A stretch of 64,000 nt of DNA from Castellaniella sp. (GTDB taxonomy: Bacteria > Pseudomonadota > Gammaproteobacteria > Burkholderiales > Burkholderiaceae_B): the NCBI GenBank assembly GCA_041655275.1, contig JBBAFU010000011.1:31112-95111 (forward strand), written 5' to 3'. This document shows positions 39,958-50,645 of this stretch, one piece after another. Position 1 is the stretch's first letter, and each line of letters opens with the position of its first letter. The position numbers were made by a program, and so were the translations under genes. The notes under the pieces are model-generated. The model saw only the letters and a list, made by a program, of their open reading frames with translations. It had not been told where the DNA came from and made no database searches.

Positions 39958-41372
39958 AACGGCGTCTGCTTTCCCTGCCGCGCTCGCTGCGCGCGCAGAT
40001 GGTGCTGTCCACACTGGCGATCATCGTGCTCGTACAGATTGCCAGCCTGGCCACGGTCACCTGGTCATGGCGCCAGTTCACCCGCAACGTTGCCGTGGAT
40101 CTGACGGTCACCACCTTGCGCACGCTGCGCAGCGCGCTGGCCGAAGTGCCGGCCGAAGCGCGCGCAGACTTCGTGCACGCCGCTTCGGGCGGCGAGTGGC
40201 GGCTGTGGTCGCGCAGCCTGCCCGACCGTCCCCGGCTGGAACACATCCGGCGCCACGAAGACCGGCGCGCCGCACGGGCCCAGCGCCCCCACGGGCCCAA
40301 TGACGTACGCCATGTCCTGCGCTCCTTCGTCGAGGCACTCAACCAACGGCTAGACGATGACGATACACGGGTATTGCTCTCGCATGGACGTCACCCCAAG
40401 CTGTATATCTCTCTGGCGGGCATGCCCGAATCCGCCGCACGTACCGAGCACCGTGAATGGCTCATCATCCCGCTGGACAGGATTGCGCCCCCCATTGCCA
40501 CGCCCATGATCGTGCTGTGGCTGGCCGGCATGGCCGGTTTCCTGCTGCTGGCGCTGGCCTTTTCATGGCATATCACCCGCCCGCTCACGCGGCTTGCACG
40601 CGCGGCTGATCAGCTCGCGGCCGGCCAGCCCCAGCGCGTCCAGCCCTCGGGGCCCAGCGAAACACGGGCACTGGGCGAGCGTTTCAATGCCATGCTGGAT
40701 GCACTGGCGGAATCCAGCGCCGTGCGGCGCACCCTGCTCGCCGGCCTGCCCCATGATCTGAAGGGCCCGCTATCGCGCATGTGGCTGCGCGTCGAGATGC
40801 TGGATGATGCCGAACTGCGCGACGGCATGCGCAAGGATGTGCAGGATATGCAGCGCATGGTCGACCAGTTCATCGGTTTCGTGCGCGGCTCGGATCCGGC
40901 ATCCTACGCGTTCTCGCGCATGGACCTCGGGGTCTGGCTGCATGAACGCGTGAACGACTGGCAGTCGACGGGCACGGATATCCGTCTTGTCGATGAAGCC
41001 GGGGCCGGCGCCACGATACAGGGCGACCGCCTTGCCCTGGACCGCCTGCTGGACAATCTGGTCACGAATGCCCTGCACCACGGACGGGAACCCATTGTCG
41101 TGCACCTGCGCAGGGACAAGGGACAGGTGGAAATGGAGATCACCGATCACGGACCCGGCATCCAGGCCGAGCGCCGGGAAGAGGCGCGCCGCCCCTTCTC
41201 GCGGCTGGATGATGCGCGCACGCGAACCGGCTCCGTTGGCCTGGGGCTTGCCCTGGCGGACACCATCGTCCACGCGCACCGGGGCACACTGGCACTGGAC
41301 AATGCATCCGAAGGGGGGCTGTGCGTGCGCATCCGCCTGCCGCTGCAGCCGGAGATCGGGATCAGCGCATGA
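39954..41372 (+). CDS. EnvZ-like sensor histidine kinase
   Basis: TTG at 39954 overlaps the regulator's stop (TTGA). Two TM segments, HAMP, H-box LLAGLPHDLKGPL, and N/G boxes (NALHHG, DHGPGI, GLGLAL). The ATG at 39912 is the alternative start. Confidence 0.88.
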   Translation: MKRRLLSLPRSLRAQMVLSTLAIIVLVQIASLATVTWSWRQFTRNVAVDLTVTTLRTLRSALAEVPAEARADFVHAASGGEWRLWSRSLPDRPRLEHIRRHEDRRAARAQRPHGPNDVRHVLRSFVEALNQRLDDDDTRVLLSHGRHPKLYISLAGMPESAARTEHREWLIIPLDRIAPPIATPMIVLWLAGMAGFLLLALAFSWHITRPLTRLARAADQLAAGQPQRVQPSGPSETRALGERFNAMLDALAESSAVRRTLLAGLPHDLKGPLSRMWLRVEMLDDAELRDGMRKDVQDMQRMVDQFIGFVRGSDPASYAFSRMDLGVWLHERVNDWQSTGTDIRLVDEAGAGATIQGDRLALDRLLDNLVTNALHHGREPIVVHLRRDKGQVEMEITDHGPGIQAERREEARRPFSRLDDARTRTGSVGLGLALADTIVHAHRGTLALDNASEGGLCVRIRLPLQPEIGISA

Positions 41373-42414
41373 TGAAGGGCGGCGGCTGGGCGGGACGAAC
41401 CGGCCCCAGCATGCCCCAGTACACCCAGACGTTGAATCCCAGGGCCACGGGCAGCCCGAGCAGCGCCGCCCAGAGCACCCACATCAGCGAGCGCGTGGGC
41501 ACGGCGCCGTCCCACACCGTGATGTTATCGAGCACCAGATAGGGAAAATAGCTGTAGGCCACGCCGCCCATCACGACAAGGAAGATGCACACGACCAGCA
41601 GGAAAGGCAGGCTGGCCAGGTGCCGGCTCCCGCGCGCCAGACAACCAAGCTGGAACTCGAGCAGGACAAAGATGATCAGCAGACTGCTCCAGACGCAGCC
41701 AATCAGCCCCCATTGCGCCTCCCGTCCCCACTTCAGGAAGACACCGGTGTTCGCCAGCCCCAGCACCAGCGATACCGCCACCGCTCCGGCGGCCACCCAG
41801 CGCACGGCTTGCCGCCCCCATTGCGCCGCCAGCGGCCGCAACGGGCCGGCTTCGCGCATGACCAGCCAGCTGGCGCCCAGCACCGCATACGAGGCAAAGG
41901 CAAATCCGGCAAACACGGCGGCAAGCACCGGCGTTGCCACATCCGGGGCAAAGGCACCGGCCAGGCGCGCCAGCAGCACCCCGTGCGACAAGGCCATCAG
42001 CCAGGAACCCAGGGCGAAGACCTTCACCCAGCGCGCCTGCAGGGCCTGCGGTGCGCGCAGGCGCAGCTCGAACGCCGCCGTGCGCAGCAACACGCCCATG
42101 GCGAGCAGCGTCATGGGCAGGAAGAGATGCTCCATGATGGCACTCCACCCTGTGGGAAAGGCGGCGGCAAGCAGGCCCAGGCCCAGAAAGAGCCAGAACC
42201 CGTTGGCATCGCGCCACGGCCCGAGCAGACTCATCATGCGCAGGCGATGCTCGGGAAGTGCAAAGGCGAGCAGGCAGCCGACGCCGATGTCGAAACCGTC
42301 GAGAATGGTGGCGGCCACTGTTGTGAGAAAGAACAGGCCGACAAGAATGAGCGGCATCCAGAACGCTGCGTCGTGCGTAGCCAGGCCCAGCGCACCGCTC
42401 AGGGTCTGCATCAT
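41362..42414 (-). CDS. cytochrome bd-family oxidase subunit II-like protein
   Basis: An internal Met gives 350 aa. DGFDIGVG and GPWRDANGFW match the CydB hallmarks. ATGA coupling with subunit I at 42411-42414. The 3' end overlaps the envZ-like 3' end by 11 nt (convergent). Confidence 0.82.
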   Translation of the reverse strand: MMQTLSGALGLATHDAAFWMPLILVGLFFLTTVAATILDGFDIGVGCLLAFALPEHRLRMMSLLGPWRDANGFWLFLGLGLLAAAFPTGWSAIMEHLFLPMTLLAMGVLLRTAAFELRLRAPQALQARWVKVFALGSWLMALSHGVLLARLAGAFAPDVATPVLAAVFAGFAFASYAVLGASWLVMREAGPLRPLAAQWGRQAVRWVAAGAVAVSLVLGLANTGVFLKWGREAQWGLIGCVWSSLLIIFVLLEFQLGCLARGSRHLASLPFLLVVCIFLVVMGGVAYSYFPYLVLDNITVWDGAVPTRSLMWVLWAALLGLPVALGFNVWVYWGMLGPVRPAQPPPFIMR

Positions 42415-43751
42415 GCACGCCGCCTCTGGCGCCTTACCGGCACCACGCCGTGATGCGCCACATGGCGCAGCAGCTGGACAAAGCCAAGGATGAGCAGGCC
42501 CTGGCACAGCAGCCAGGCCAGGCCGCTGGCGAACAGCGACACACCGGACTGCGGCGCCAGCACTTCGCTCAAGGTCACCGTGCCCTGGACGGCATAGGGA
42601 TAGGCACCAAACTGCACCCAGGCCAGCGCTGAAAGCAGCAGGGGCCAGCCCGCCAGTCCCAGGCCCCGGTTCAGGCCGGACCACAGACGCGGCAGACTCG
42701 CCAGATCGCGCCGGCGGCCGTACAGCCACCACAGATTGGCCAGGGTGACCAGGGCCAGCAGCAGGCTGATGAACACGCACAGGCGGAAAGACCAGAATGT
42801 CAGGGCCACCGGCGGCGCCATGCCGGAGAACTGATCGAGACCACGCCAATGGCCCTTGCCGTCCTCTGCAAGCAGACCCCCGCCCCTGCCGGGCCAGGTC
42901 AGACCCAGTCGATTGGTGGCTGTCGCCTCGTCCGGCCAGCCCAGCACCAGCAGATCGGCCCGCGGACCGCTTTCCCACAGCGCCGCCGTGGCCGCCGCCT
43001 TGGCCGGCTGATGCTCCGCAGCAAAACGCACCACGTCCAGCATCGCCAGGCTGTGCACCAGCAGGCCCGTCACGGCCAGACCCAGGCCCATGCGAAAGAC
43101 ACCCCGCGACGCCACATCGGCCGGATTGCGCCGCGCCTGGCCGCAGGATACCGACATCATCAGAAAAGCCACACTCAGGGCCGAGAGGCCGGCCAGCCAC
43201 AGCCCATGCGGCAACAAGGCCGGATTCAACACAACCTGCGCGAGATTGGTAAGCGCATAACGTCCGTCCACCATCAAGGCCCCTGTGGGCGCCTGCAACC
43301 AGCTGACGAGCGCCAGGAAACAGAATGCGGATACCGTCACGCCCAGCGCCACCATGGCGACCATGGCCAGATGCACCGGCGGCGCAAGACGGCGCTCGCC
43401 AAAGAGCATGCCGCCCAGAAAGCAGGCCTTGAAGACGAAACTTGATAGAATGAGCCCCGCAAGCAATGGGGCGGATACTTCACCGATGCGGGCCAGCAGG
43501 CCGGGCCACAGCGTGCCGGTCTGCACCAGCACGGGCACACTGGCGGCAAAACCCAGCGCCACGGCCAGCGCGAACACCCTGGCCCACAAACGGTAGGCCG
43601 GCAGCCATTGCACGCGACCCTGGCCCATGGCGAGTGCACGCAGCACCAGCAAGCCCCAGGCGAGACCCAGCTCGAGCACCAGAAACAGCAGCAAGAATCC
43701 CACGCTGGCGAAGAATTGGATTTGCGCCAACCACAGAGTCGTGTGCGTCAT
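42411..43751 (-). CDS. cytochrome bd-family oxidase subunit I-like protein (divergent; short Q-loop)
   Basis: Internal Met21 gives 446 aa. Collinear with E. coli CydA: LAQIQF helix, GERRLAPPVHLAMVAMVALG versus GWDRLGKVQHMCVTWLVALG, then LNP..H and FR..V. Several invariant residues are substituted (see findings). Confidence 0.8.
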   Translation of the reverse strand: MTHTTLWLAQIQFFASVGFLLLFLVLELGLAWGLLVLRALAMGQGRVQWLPAYRLWARVFALAVALGFAASVPVLVQTGTLWPGLLARIGEVSAPLLAGLILSSFVFKACFLGGMLFGERRLAPPVHLAMVAMVALGVTVSAFCFLALVSWLQAPTGALMVDGRYALTNLAQVVLNPALLPHGLWLAGLSALSVAFLMMSVSCGQARRNPADVASRGVFRMGLGLAVTGLLVHSLAMLDVVRFAAEHQPAKAAATAALWESGPRADLLVLGWPDEATATNRLGLTWPGRGGGLLAEDGKGHWRGLDQFSGMAPPVALTFWSFRLCVFISLLLALVTLANLWWLYGRRRDLASLPRLWSGLNRGLGLAGWPLLLSALAWVQFGAYPYAVQGTVTLSEVLAPQSGVSLFASGLAWLLCQGLLILGFVQLLRHVAHHGVVPVRRQRRRA

Positions 43752-43860
43752 AATGCCGCATAGTGTAGAGCGAGTTGCCCCATTTTGCAGGCACCTTTGC
43801 GGCAAGACCACAGGAACGTGGCAAAATAGCCCGGCAAGCGCCCATTTTCTTCAGCAATCC

Positions 43861-45618
43861 ATGAATACTCGATCCGAAACAAGCCCCGCTTCCAACTTCA
43901 TCCGCACCATCATCGAACAGGATCTGGCTGCCGGCCGTCATGCTGAAAAGCGCTGGGCCGGCCGTCCCGGACCCGCCTCTGTCCAGGCGGGCGGCACGCT
44001 CGACCCAGCGCGCATACGCACGCGCTTTCCACCCGAACCCAACGGCTATCTGCACATCGGCCATGCCAAGAGCATCTGCCTGAACTTCGGCCTTGCCCGG
44101 GATTACGACGGCGCCTGCCACCTGCGTTTCGATGACACCAATCCCGAGAAGGAAGAAGAGGAATATGTGCGTGCCATCATCGACATGGTGCAGTGGCTGG
44201 GCTTCGACTGGAAATATGGCGATGAGGACAATTGCTATTACGCCAGTGACTACTTTGGCTATATGTACGAGTTTGCCGAAGCCCTGGTGCGGGCAGGCCA
44301 TGCCTATGTCGACGAGCAGAGCGCCGAAGAAATCCGCCGGACGCGCGGCACGCTGACCGAGAAAGGCCGGAATTCACCCTGGCGCGACCGGCCGGCCGAA
44401 GAATCCCTGCGCCTGCTGCGCGAGATGCGCGACGGCCGCCACCCGGACGGCAGCATGGCATTGCGCGCACGCATCGACATGGGCTCGCCCAATATCAACA
44501 TGCGCGACCCGGTCATGTATCGCATCCGCCATACGCCGCACCATCGCACCGGCACCCAATGGTGTATCTACCCCATGTACTCATGGGCGCACCCGGTGGA
44601 AGATGCGCTGGAGACCATCACACACAGCCTGTGTACGCTGGAGTTCGAGGATCAGAGGCCGTTCTACGACTGGATTCTGGAACGCCTGTGCGAGCTGGGC
44701 CAGCTGGCACAGCCCCTGCCGCACCAGTACGAGTTCTCGCGCCTCAACCTCAGTCATGTGGTGACGAGCAAGCGCAAGCTGCGCCAGCTGGTCGAGGAAG
44801 GCCATGTGAGCGGCTGGGATGACCCGCGCATGCCCACGCTCGCAGGACTGCGCAAGCGCGGCTACACGCCGGAATCCATCCGCCTGTTCTGCCGCCGCCT
44901 GGGCGTGAGCAAGGCTGCACAGCACGTGCCCTACAGCGATCTGGAGCAGGCCCTGCGCGATGACCTCGACCCCCGCGCCAATCGTGCCGTGGCGGTCCTT
45001 GACCCCTTGCGTCTCGTGCTCACCAACTTCCCGGCGGATCGTGTTGAACCCTGCCACGCGCCGCGCAATCCGCACGACCCCGAGGCCGGCCGGCGTGAAT
45101 TCCCGCTCACGCGCGAACTGTGGATAGAACGCGATGATTTTCGGGAAGATCCGCCCAGGCGCTATTTCCGGCTATACCCGGGCAATACCGTCAGGCTGAA
45201 GTATGGCTATATCGTACGCTGCACCGGCTGTGTCAAGAATGCCGAAGGCGAAGTTACCGAAGTGCACGCCGAGATCCTGCCTGACACGCGCAGCGGCACG
45301 CCCGGTGCGGATGCCGTCAAGGTCAAGGGCACCATCACCTGGGTGAGCGCATCCCATGCCGTGGCGGCAACCGTGCACCTGTACGACCGGCTGTTTCGGG
45401 AAGCCCATCCCGATGCCGGCGATGCCGATTTCCTGCAGGCCATCAATCCGGACTCCATGCGCAGTGTACAGGCCTGGCTGGAGCCGGGGCTGCAAGCGGA
45501 GCCCGGCGCCACCTGGCAATTCGAACGCCTGGGCTATTTTGTCGCCGACCGTGATGTGTCCACCGCTGAATATCCGGTCATCAACCGAATCACCACGCTC
45601 AGGGACGCCTGGATTTGA
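43861..45618 (+). CDS. glnS: glutamine--tRNA ligase
   Basis: Internal Met79 gives 585 aa. [16 protein letters not shown] (HIGH), VTSKRKL (KMSKS-like), and [10 protein letters not shown] at the N-terminus. Confidence 0.94.
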   Translation: MNTRSETSPASNFIRTIIEQDLAAGRHAEKRWAGRPGPASVQAGGTLDPARIRTRFPPEPNGYLHIGHAKSICLNFGLARDYDGACHLRFDDTNPEKEEEEYVRAIIDMVQWLGFDWKYGDEDNCYYASDYFGYMYEFAEALVRAGHAYVDEQSAEEIRRTRGTLTEKGRNSPWRDRPAEESLRLLREMRDGRHPDGSMALRARIDMGSPNINMRDPVMYRIRHTPHHRTGTQWCIYPMYSWAHPVEDALETITHSLCTLEFEDQRPFYDWILERLCELGQLAQPLPHQYEFSRLNLSHVVTSKRKLRQLVEEGHVSGWDDPRMPTLAGLRKRGYTPESIRLFCRRLGVSKAAQHVPYSDLEQALRDDLDPRANRAVAVLDPLRLVLTNFPADRVEPCHAPRNPHDPEAGRREFPLTRELWIERDDFREDPPRRYFRLYPGNTVRLKYGYIVRCTGCVKNAEGEVTEVHAEILPDTRSGTPGADAVKVKGTITWVSASHAVAATVHLYDRLFREAHPDAGDADFLQAINPDSMRSVQAWLEPGLQAEPGATWQFERLGYFVADRDVSTAEYPVINRITTLRDAWI

Positions 45619-46364
45619 AAAGCAAAGATTCTCTCGCGCTGGATTTCAAAAGTGCCACGCTGTACGCCTTGCGCGTCGTGCTGCACGACAGCGACACCGG
45701 GGCCCTGTGCGCCGCGCTCGATCAGCGCATGCGCGACGCCGGCAGCTTCTTCAAGGATGAGCCCGTCGTCATCGATGCACATGCGCTGGACACACCGCCG
45801 GACTGGACCGCCCTGATGCAGGCATTGCGCGCACACAGCCTGCACCCCATGGGGGTCACGGCCGCCGAAACCATGATGGCCGCCGCCCGGGAAGCAGGTC
45901 TTGTCAGCGTGGAGCTGTCCGCCAGCACGCCGAAAGCGGCCGTTGCCGAGACGATGCCGCCCGCCGATCTGGCCAAACCCCGGACCGCAGCGGCACCGCC
46001 ACCGGAAGATGGCCGGCCTGCACCGGCACCGGCGGCCCTGGTGGTTGACGGCCCCCTGCGCTCCGGTCAGCGTGTCTACGCCCGCGCCACCGACCTGATC
46101 GTCATCGGCATGGTCAGCCAGGGGGCCGAAGTCATTGCCGATGGCAATATCCACGTCTACGGCCCCCTGCGCGGCAAGGCCATGGCCGGTGCGCGCGGCA
46201 ATACGGCGGCACGCATCCTGACCACCTGCCTGGAGCCCGAGCTCATCGCCATCGCCGGCGTCTACCGCGCGCTGGAAGCCAGGCTCGAACCCGAACTGCA
46301 TCGACGCCCCGCCCTTGTCCAGCTCGAAGGCGATCGCCTGCAGCTGCGTGCGCTGGATGGCTGA
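45615..46364 (+). CDS. minC: septum site-determining protein MinC
   Basis: The TTG start overlaps the glnS stop (TTGA). C-terminal beta-helix domain ([38 protein letters not shown]), followed by minDE. Confidence 0.9.
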   Translation: MKSKDSLALDFKSATLYALRVVLHDSDTGALCAALDQRMRDAGSFFKDEPVVIDAHALDTPPDWTALMQALRAHSLHPMGVTAAETMMAAAREAGLVSVELSASTPKAAVAETMPPADLAKPRTAAAPPPEDGRPAPAPAALVVDGPLRSGQRVYARATDLIVIGMVSQGAEVIADGNIHVYGPLRGKAMAGARGNTAARILTTCLEPELIAIAGVYRALEARLEPELHRRPALVQLEGDRLQLRALDG

Positions 46365-46456
46365 CCCGGGGGTGGCCCGCGCCCCGGACATCACGACAAG
46401 GCCAGGCTTTTGATTTACCATAGCGGGCATCACTGACATAGGGGAATGCACTCATC

Positions 46457-47272
46457 ATGGCACGCATAGTTGTGGTGACTTCAGGCAAGGGCGGCGTTGG
46501 CAAGACCACGACCAGCGCCAGCTTTTCTTCCGGCCTCGCCATGCGGGGCCACAAAACCGTGGTCATCGACTTCGACGTCGGTCTGCGCAATCTTGATCTC
46601 GTCATGGGTTGCGAGCGCCGCGTCGTCTACGATTTCGTCAACGTCATCCAGGGCGACGCCAGCCTGAATCAGGCGCTGATTCGCGACAAGCAGCTGGAAA
46701 ACCTCTTCATCCTGCCCGCCTCCCAGACGCGCGACAAGGATGCACTCACCCGCGAAGGGGTGGAGAAAGTGCTCACCGAGCTCGACGAGATGGGCTTCGA
46801 ATACATTGTGTGCGATTCGCCGGCGGGCATAGAGACCGGGGCCCTGATGGCAGCCTATTTCGCGGACGACGCCCTGGTGGTAACGAACCCCGAAGTCTCC
46901 TCCGTGAGAGACTCGGATCGCATCCTGGGCATCCTGTCAGCCAAATCGCGCCGCGCCGAGCAGGGCGAGGAGCCCGTCAAGGAATACCTGCTGCTCACCC
47001 GCTACAGCCCCAAGCGTGTGGCCGAAGGCGAGATGCTGTCCATCAAGGACATCGAAGACATCCTGCGCATCCGCCTGATTGGCGTCACGCCCGAGTCGGA
47101 AGACGTACTCCAGGCCTCCAACCAGGGCATCGCCGCCATCCATCTTCGTGACAGCGACGTGGCCCAGGCCTACAAGGACATCGTGGCCCGTTATCTTGGC
47201 GAGGAAATACCCCTGCGCTTCACCGAGTATGCGCGGCCCGGGCTGTTGAAGCGCATGTTCGGGGGGAAGTGA
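46457..47272 (+). CDS. minD: septum site-determining ATPase MinD
   Basis: [18 protein letters not shown] deviant Walker A. 271 aa. Confidence 0.95.
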   Translation: MARIVVVTSGKGGVGKTTTSASFSSGLAMRGHKTVVIDFDVGLRNLDLVMGCERRVVYDFVNVIQGDASLNQALIRDKQLENLFILPASQTRDKDALTREGVEKVLTELDEMGFEYIVCDSPAGIETGALMAAYFADDALVVTNPEVSSVRDSDRILGILSAKSRRAEQGEEPVKEYLLLTRYSPKRVAEGEMLSIKDIEDILRIRLIGVTPESEDVLQASNQGIAAIHLRDSDVAQAYKDIVARYLGEEIPLRFTEYARPGLLKRMFGGK

Positions 47273-47273
47273 T

Positions 47274-47543
47274 ATGTCGTTTCTTTCCTTTCTGCTTGGC
47301 AGCAAGAAGTCTTCCGCCAAAGTCGCCAAGGATCGCCTGCAGCTGATTCTCATCAACGAACGCGGCGAGAATCGGGGCTCGCCCGACTTCCTGCCCCAGC
47401 TTCAGAAAGAGCTGGTGGAGGTCATCTCGAAGTACGTCCACATCGATCCCAAGGACATCCAGGTGAATCTCGAACGCCAGGATTCGCTCGAGGTGCTGGA
47501 AGTCAAGATAGAGATGCCGCCGCAGGCGGCCGGCACACGCTAA
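47274..47543 (+). CDS. minE: cell division topological specificity factor MinE
   Basis: 89 aa. [17 protein letters not shown] ... typical MinE. Confidence 0.93.
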   Translation: MSFLSFLLGSKKSSAKVAKDRLQLILINERGENRGSPDFLPQLQKELVEVISKYVHIDPKDIQVNLERQDSLEVLEVKIEMPPQAAGTR

Positions 47544-47803
47544 CGCGAACTTTATGACCTTCGCCTGTTAGCGGCTGTGCCAGAGACCGGCCCCGACGCC
47601 CGTCCCAACTGACAAATTACATGACCTGCATCCGCCCTGTCCATGAATAGACTCAACCACAACCATTAGGGTTAAACCTAGTGGTCGGTGAACATCTTCT
47701 TTTTTTAAGATAAACCCCAAGACATCAGACGTCCTACGTCCAACATCGTAAGACTACTCATAGCGTCACCAGCAACGATGTCCATGTATCAAAAGGGAAT
47801 CCA

Positions 47804-48988
47804 ATGTCTGAACAAGGTCCACTGAGCCGCTTTACAGTTCTCGATCTAACTCAAGTACGCTCAGGCCCAGCTGCCGTCCGCCAATTTTCCGATTGGGGCG
47901 CCAACGTCATAAAAATTGAATCACCGTCAAAGCTTTTGGATGATAAGCCTGGCGGATCAGCACAATTTGCAGATTATCAAAACACTCATAGAAACAAAAA
48001 GTCTATTACGTTAAATCTGAAAGCACCTGCCGGATTAAAAATCTTCTACGACCTCGTAAAGCATGCAGATGTTGTGATAGAAAATTTCAGACCAAACGTA
48101 AAAGAAAGACTCAAGATCGACTACGAAACACTATGCAAGATCAATCCACGTATCATACTTGCAAGCGTGTCCGGCTTCGGCCAGACAGGCCCATATCAAG
48201 ATCGGCCAGGTCTGGACCAGATTGCACAGGGCCTGTCTGGCCTAATGTCAGTAACAGGAGAACCTGGAAGGGGACCAATGAGAGCCGGAATTCCCGTCGC
48301 AGATCTTAGTGCCGGACTGAGCTGCGCCCTCGGCACTCTTGTCGCACTGCTCGAACGAGAAGTTAGCGGCCGGGGGCAATGGGTACACACCTCACTACTG
48401 CAAGCGCAGCTCTGGATGATGGATTTCCAAGCTATACGATGGCTTATTAATAATCATATTCCACAACAAAGCGGAAATGATCACCCAACCAGCAGCCCAA
48501 CCGGTGTATTTATTACTAAAGATGGATATGTAAATATTGCGGCAATGGGCAACGAAATATTTGCTCGCCTCTGCCGTGTTCTGGATCTCTCTACCCTAGT
48601 AGAAGATCCGAGGTTCATCAATGTCCTTGCCCGCGCCGAAAATCGAGTCGAACTTAATAAGTTGATTAACGAAAAAACCCAAGCGCAGACAACGCAACAT
48701 TGGGTCAGTTGTCTCAATCAATCTGGCGTGCCTTGCGGTCCGATCCTAAACATGAAAGAAACCTTTTTGGATGCTCAAGTACGCTCTCAAAATGTGACGA
48801 GACCCCTTATGCATCCTAAAGCAGGACGGTTGGAGGTCATGGGCCCTCCATTCAATATGAGTCGCTCCCATAGTACAAATTATACTTCCGCTCCAGAGCG
48901 CGGTGATAACAATAACGAGATTTATCGGAAAATACTGGGATTATCATCGAAGCAACTTGAAGAGCTCAAACATCAGGGAGCGATCTAA
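47804..48988 (+). CDS. family III CoA-transferase (CaiB/BaiF/Frc type)
   Basis: LSRFTVLDLTQVRSGPAAVRQFSDWGANVIKIE ... ENFRPNV ... SVSGFGQTGPY ... GLSGLMSVTGEPG. Confidence 0.9.
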   Translation: MSEQGPLSRFTVLDLTQVRSGPAAVRQFSDWGANVIKIESPSKLLDDKPGGSAQFADYQNTHRNKKSITLNLKAPAGLKIFYDLVKHADVVIENFRPNVKERLKIDYETLCKINPRIILASVSGFGQTGPYQDRPGLDQIAQGLSGLMSVTGEPGRGPMRAGIPVADLSAGLSCALGTLVALLEREVSGRGQWVHTSLLQAQLWMMDFQAIRWLINNHIPQQSGNDHPTSSPTGVFITKDGYVNIAAMGNEIFARLCRVLDLSTLVEDPRFINVLARAENRVELNKLINEKTQAQTTQHWVSCLNQSGVPCGPILNMKETFLDAQVRSQNVTRPLMHPKAGRLEVMGPPFNMSRSHSTNYTSAPERGDNNNEIYRKILGLSSKQLEELKHQGAI

Positions 48989-49734
48989 TGCAAAATATTG
49001 AGGTATACGATGTCATCTCATCAAGGTCGAATCCGCGCCGTACATTACCGCAACACGTCATTATCCAAATATCAGAACTAGTCGATAAAAATGAGCTGCA
49101 ACCAGGAGATCAACTACCGTCCGAAACGCAATTAATGGAGCATTTCGGAGTAAGCCGTAATGTAATTCGTGAAGCTGTCGCATCATTAAAATCTGCAGGC
49201 GTATTGGAGGTTCGCCGTGGCCTTGGCACATTTGTGAATAAAAAATCAATATATCGCGGATTCAAAGTACAACCCCACGATCTCCTAGATCTGGAAAATT
49301 TGAAACATATTTATGATTTGCGTGTTGAAATTGAATCAGGGGCGGCTGCTATTGCCGCAAATACACGTACTAAGGCGCAAGCCGAAAGACTGGAACAGGC
49401 TCTAATGAGGGTTAATCAAGGCGCTGGAAATTGGCAACAAGGCGCCCAATCAGCGATTGATTTTCATTTGGCAATTGCCGATGCGACAAATAATCCTCAC
49501 TTCAAACAGCTGATGGCATACCTTCATGAAGTTATCCACAAAGGAATCAGAACTCTACGTTACAAGGCTGACGGCAGCGAACGTGCACTACAAATTGAAC
49601 ATGAACATCAGGAAATTTTCATAGCAATAAAAAACAAAAAACCATCTGATGCTCGCAATGCGATGCGTGAACACCTTCGAAACGCCATCAACTATTATCA
49701 GCTGCGTCCGTCCAAGAAAAAGAATAATGAATAA
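48988..49734 (+). CDS. GntR/FadR-family transcriptional regulator (FCD domain)
   Basis: wHTH LPSETQLMEHFGVSRNVIREAVASLKSAGVLEVRRGLGTFV plus a helical FCD-type C-terminus. The start overlaps the upstream stop (TAATG). Confidence 0.9.
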   Translation: MQNIEVYDVISSRSNPRRTLPQHVIIQISELVDKNELQPGDQLPSETQLMEHFGVSRNVIREAVASLKSAGVLEVRRGLGTFVNKKSIYRGFKVQPHDLLDLENLKHIYDLRVEIESGAAAIAANTRTKAQAERLEQALMRVNQGAGNWQQGAQSAIDFHLAIADATNNPHFKQLMAYLHEVIHKGIRTLRYKADGSERALQIEHEHQEIFIAIKNKKPSDARNAMREHLRNAINYYQLRPSKKKNNE

Positions 49735-49756
49735 ACGGGAAGGGAAAGGAAACCCG

Positions 49757-50551
49757 ATGGATAACATCAGAGAATCGATAATCATCAAAAAAACTGCAGC
49801 GACTGGCCAGATAATTTTCAATGACCCGAAGCGTTACAATGCCGTTTCATTCGTCATGTGGGAGAAATTGAAGAATGCACTCGTGCGTTTCGCACAAGAT
49901 AGTGATGTGAGATCAATCGTTTTTCTCGGCGCAGGCGATAAAGCTTTTGTCAGCGGAGCTAATATTTCTGAATTTGAACAGTTACGCACCAAATCAGAAG
50001 ACGTTCAGCTATACGAAGAGATAGTAGAAGAAGTACAATTAATGATATTAAACTATCCAAAACCTACGATTGCAAAGATCAGAGGCTATTGCCTTGGAGT
50101 AGGCATGGGAATAGCACTTTGTTGCGATATCCGTATCGCGAGTGTCACCGGAATATTTGCAATTCCCGCTGCACGCCTCGGAATAGGATATCGTCTTTCC
50201 GCTGTTGCGAACATTATACGTCAAACAGGCGCCGCGACGGCTCTTGATATATTGCTCTCTGCTCGTCGCTTTACGGCGGAAGAAGCTCTTAATCGCGGAC
50301 TAGTGCATTATGTGATTGCAGACGAGCAGTTGGATAAATTTGTCAATCAATATATAAGCGAAGTTAATCAAAATGCCCCCATGACACTCACATTGGCAAA
50401 AGAAATGATTAATGCATTAACTCAAACACCGCAGCACATAGATAATGCCTATTTTGCGCGACGAGTTCGCGAATGTTATGAGAGTAATGATCATAAGGAA
50501 GGAAAAGCGGCATTTAAAGAGAAACGTTTCCCCAGATTCTTGGGAAACTAG
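49757..50551 (+). CDS. enoyl-CoA hydratase/isomerase (crotonase) family protein
   Basis: GGAAAGGAAA then ATG at 49757 gives 264 aa. FNDPKRYNAVS ... VFLGAGDKAFVSGANISEF ... GYCLGVGMGIALCCDIRIA ... HKEGKAAFKEKR. Confidence 0.88.
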   Translation: MDNIRESIIIKKTAATGQIIFNDPKRYNAVSFVMWEKLKNALVRFAQDSDVRSIVFLGAGDKAFVSGANISEFEQLRTKSEDVQLYEEIVEEVQLMILNYPKPTIAKIRGYCLGVGMGIALCCDIRIASVTGIFAIPAARLGIGYRLSAVANIIRQTGAATALDILLSARRFTAEEALNRGLVHYVIADEQLDKFVNQYISEVNQNAPMTLTLAKEMINALTQTPQHIDNAYFARRVRECYESNDHKEGKAAFKEKRFPRFLGN

Positions 50552-50645
50552 CGTTAGACGGACACGTCGATTTATAGCAGGAATCACTTAGAGTAGTAAT
50601 TTCCATCGCACCCATTTTATCTTCATATAACAGAGGAGACATATA

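Noticed and set aside
47605-47614. Possible islet-flanking direct repeat: CCAACTGACA (47605-47614) versus CCAACTCACA (52858-52867), both located at the G+C transitions.
   Set aside because: The match is only 9 of 10 nt. Comparing two flanks of about 150 nt gives roughly 22500 x 31/4^10, or about 0.7 such matches by chance. The right copy also overlaps the LivF-like stop codon. This is not adequate evidence for an att site.
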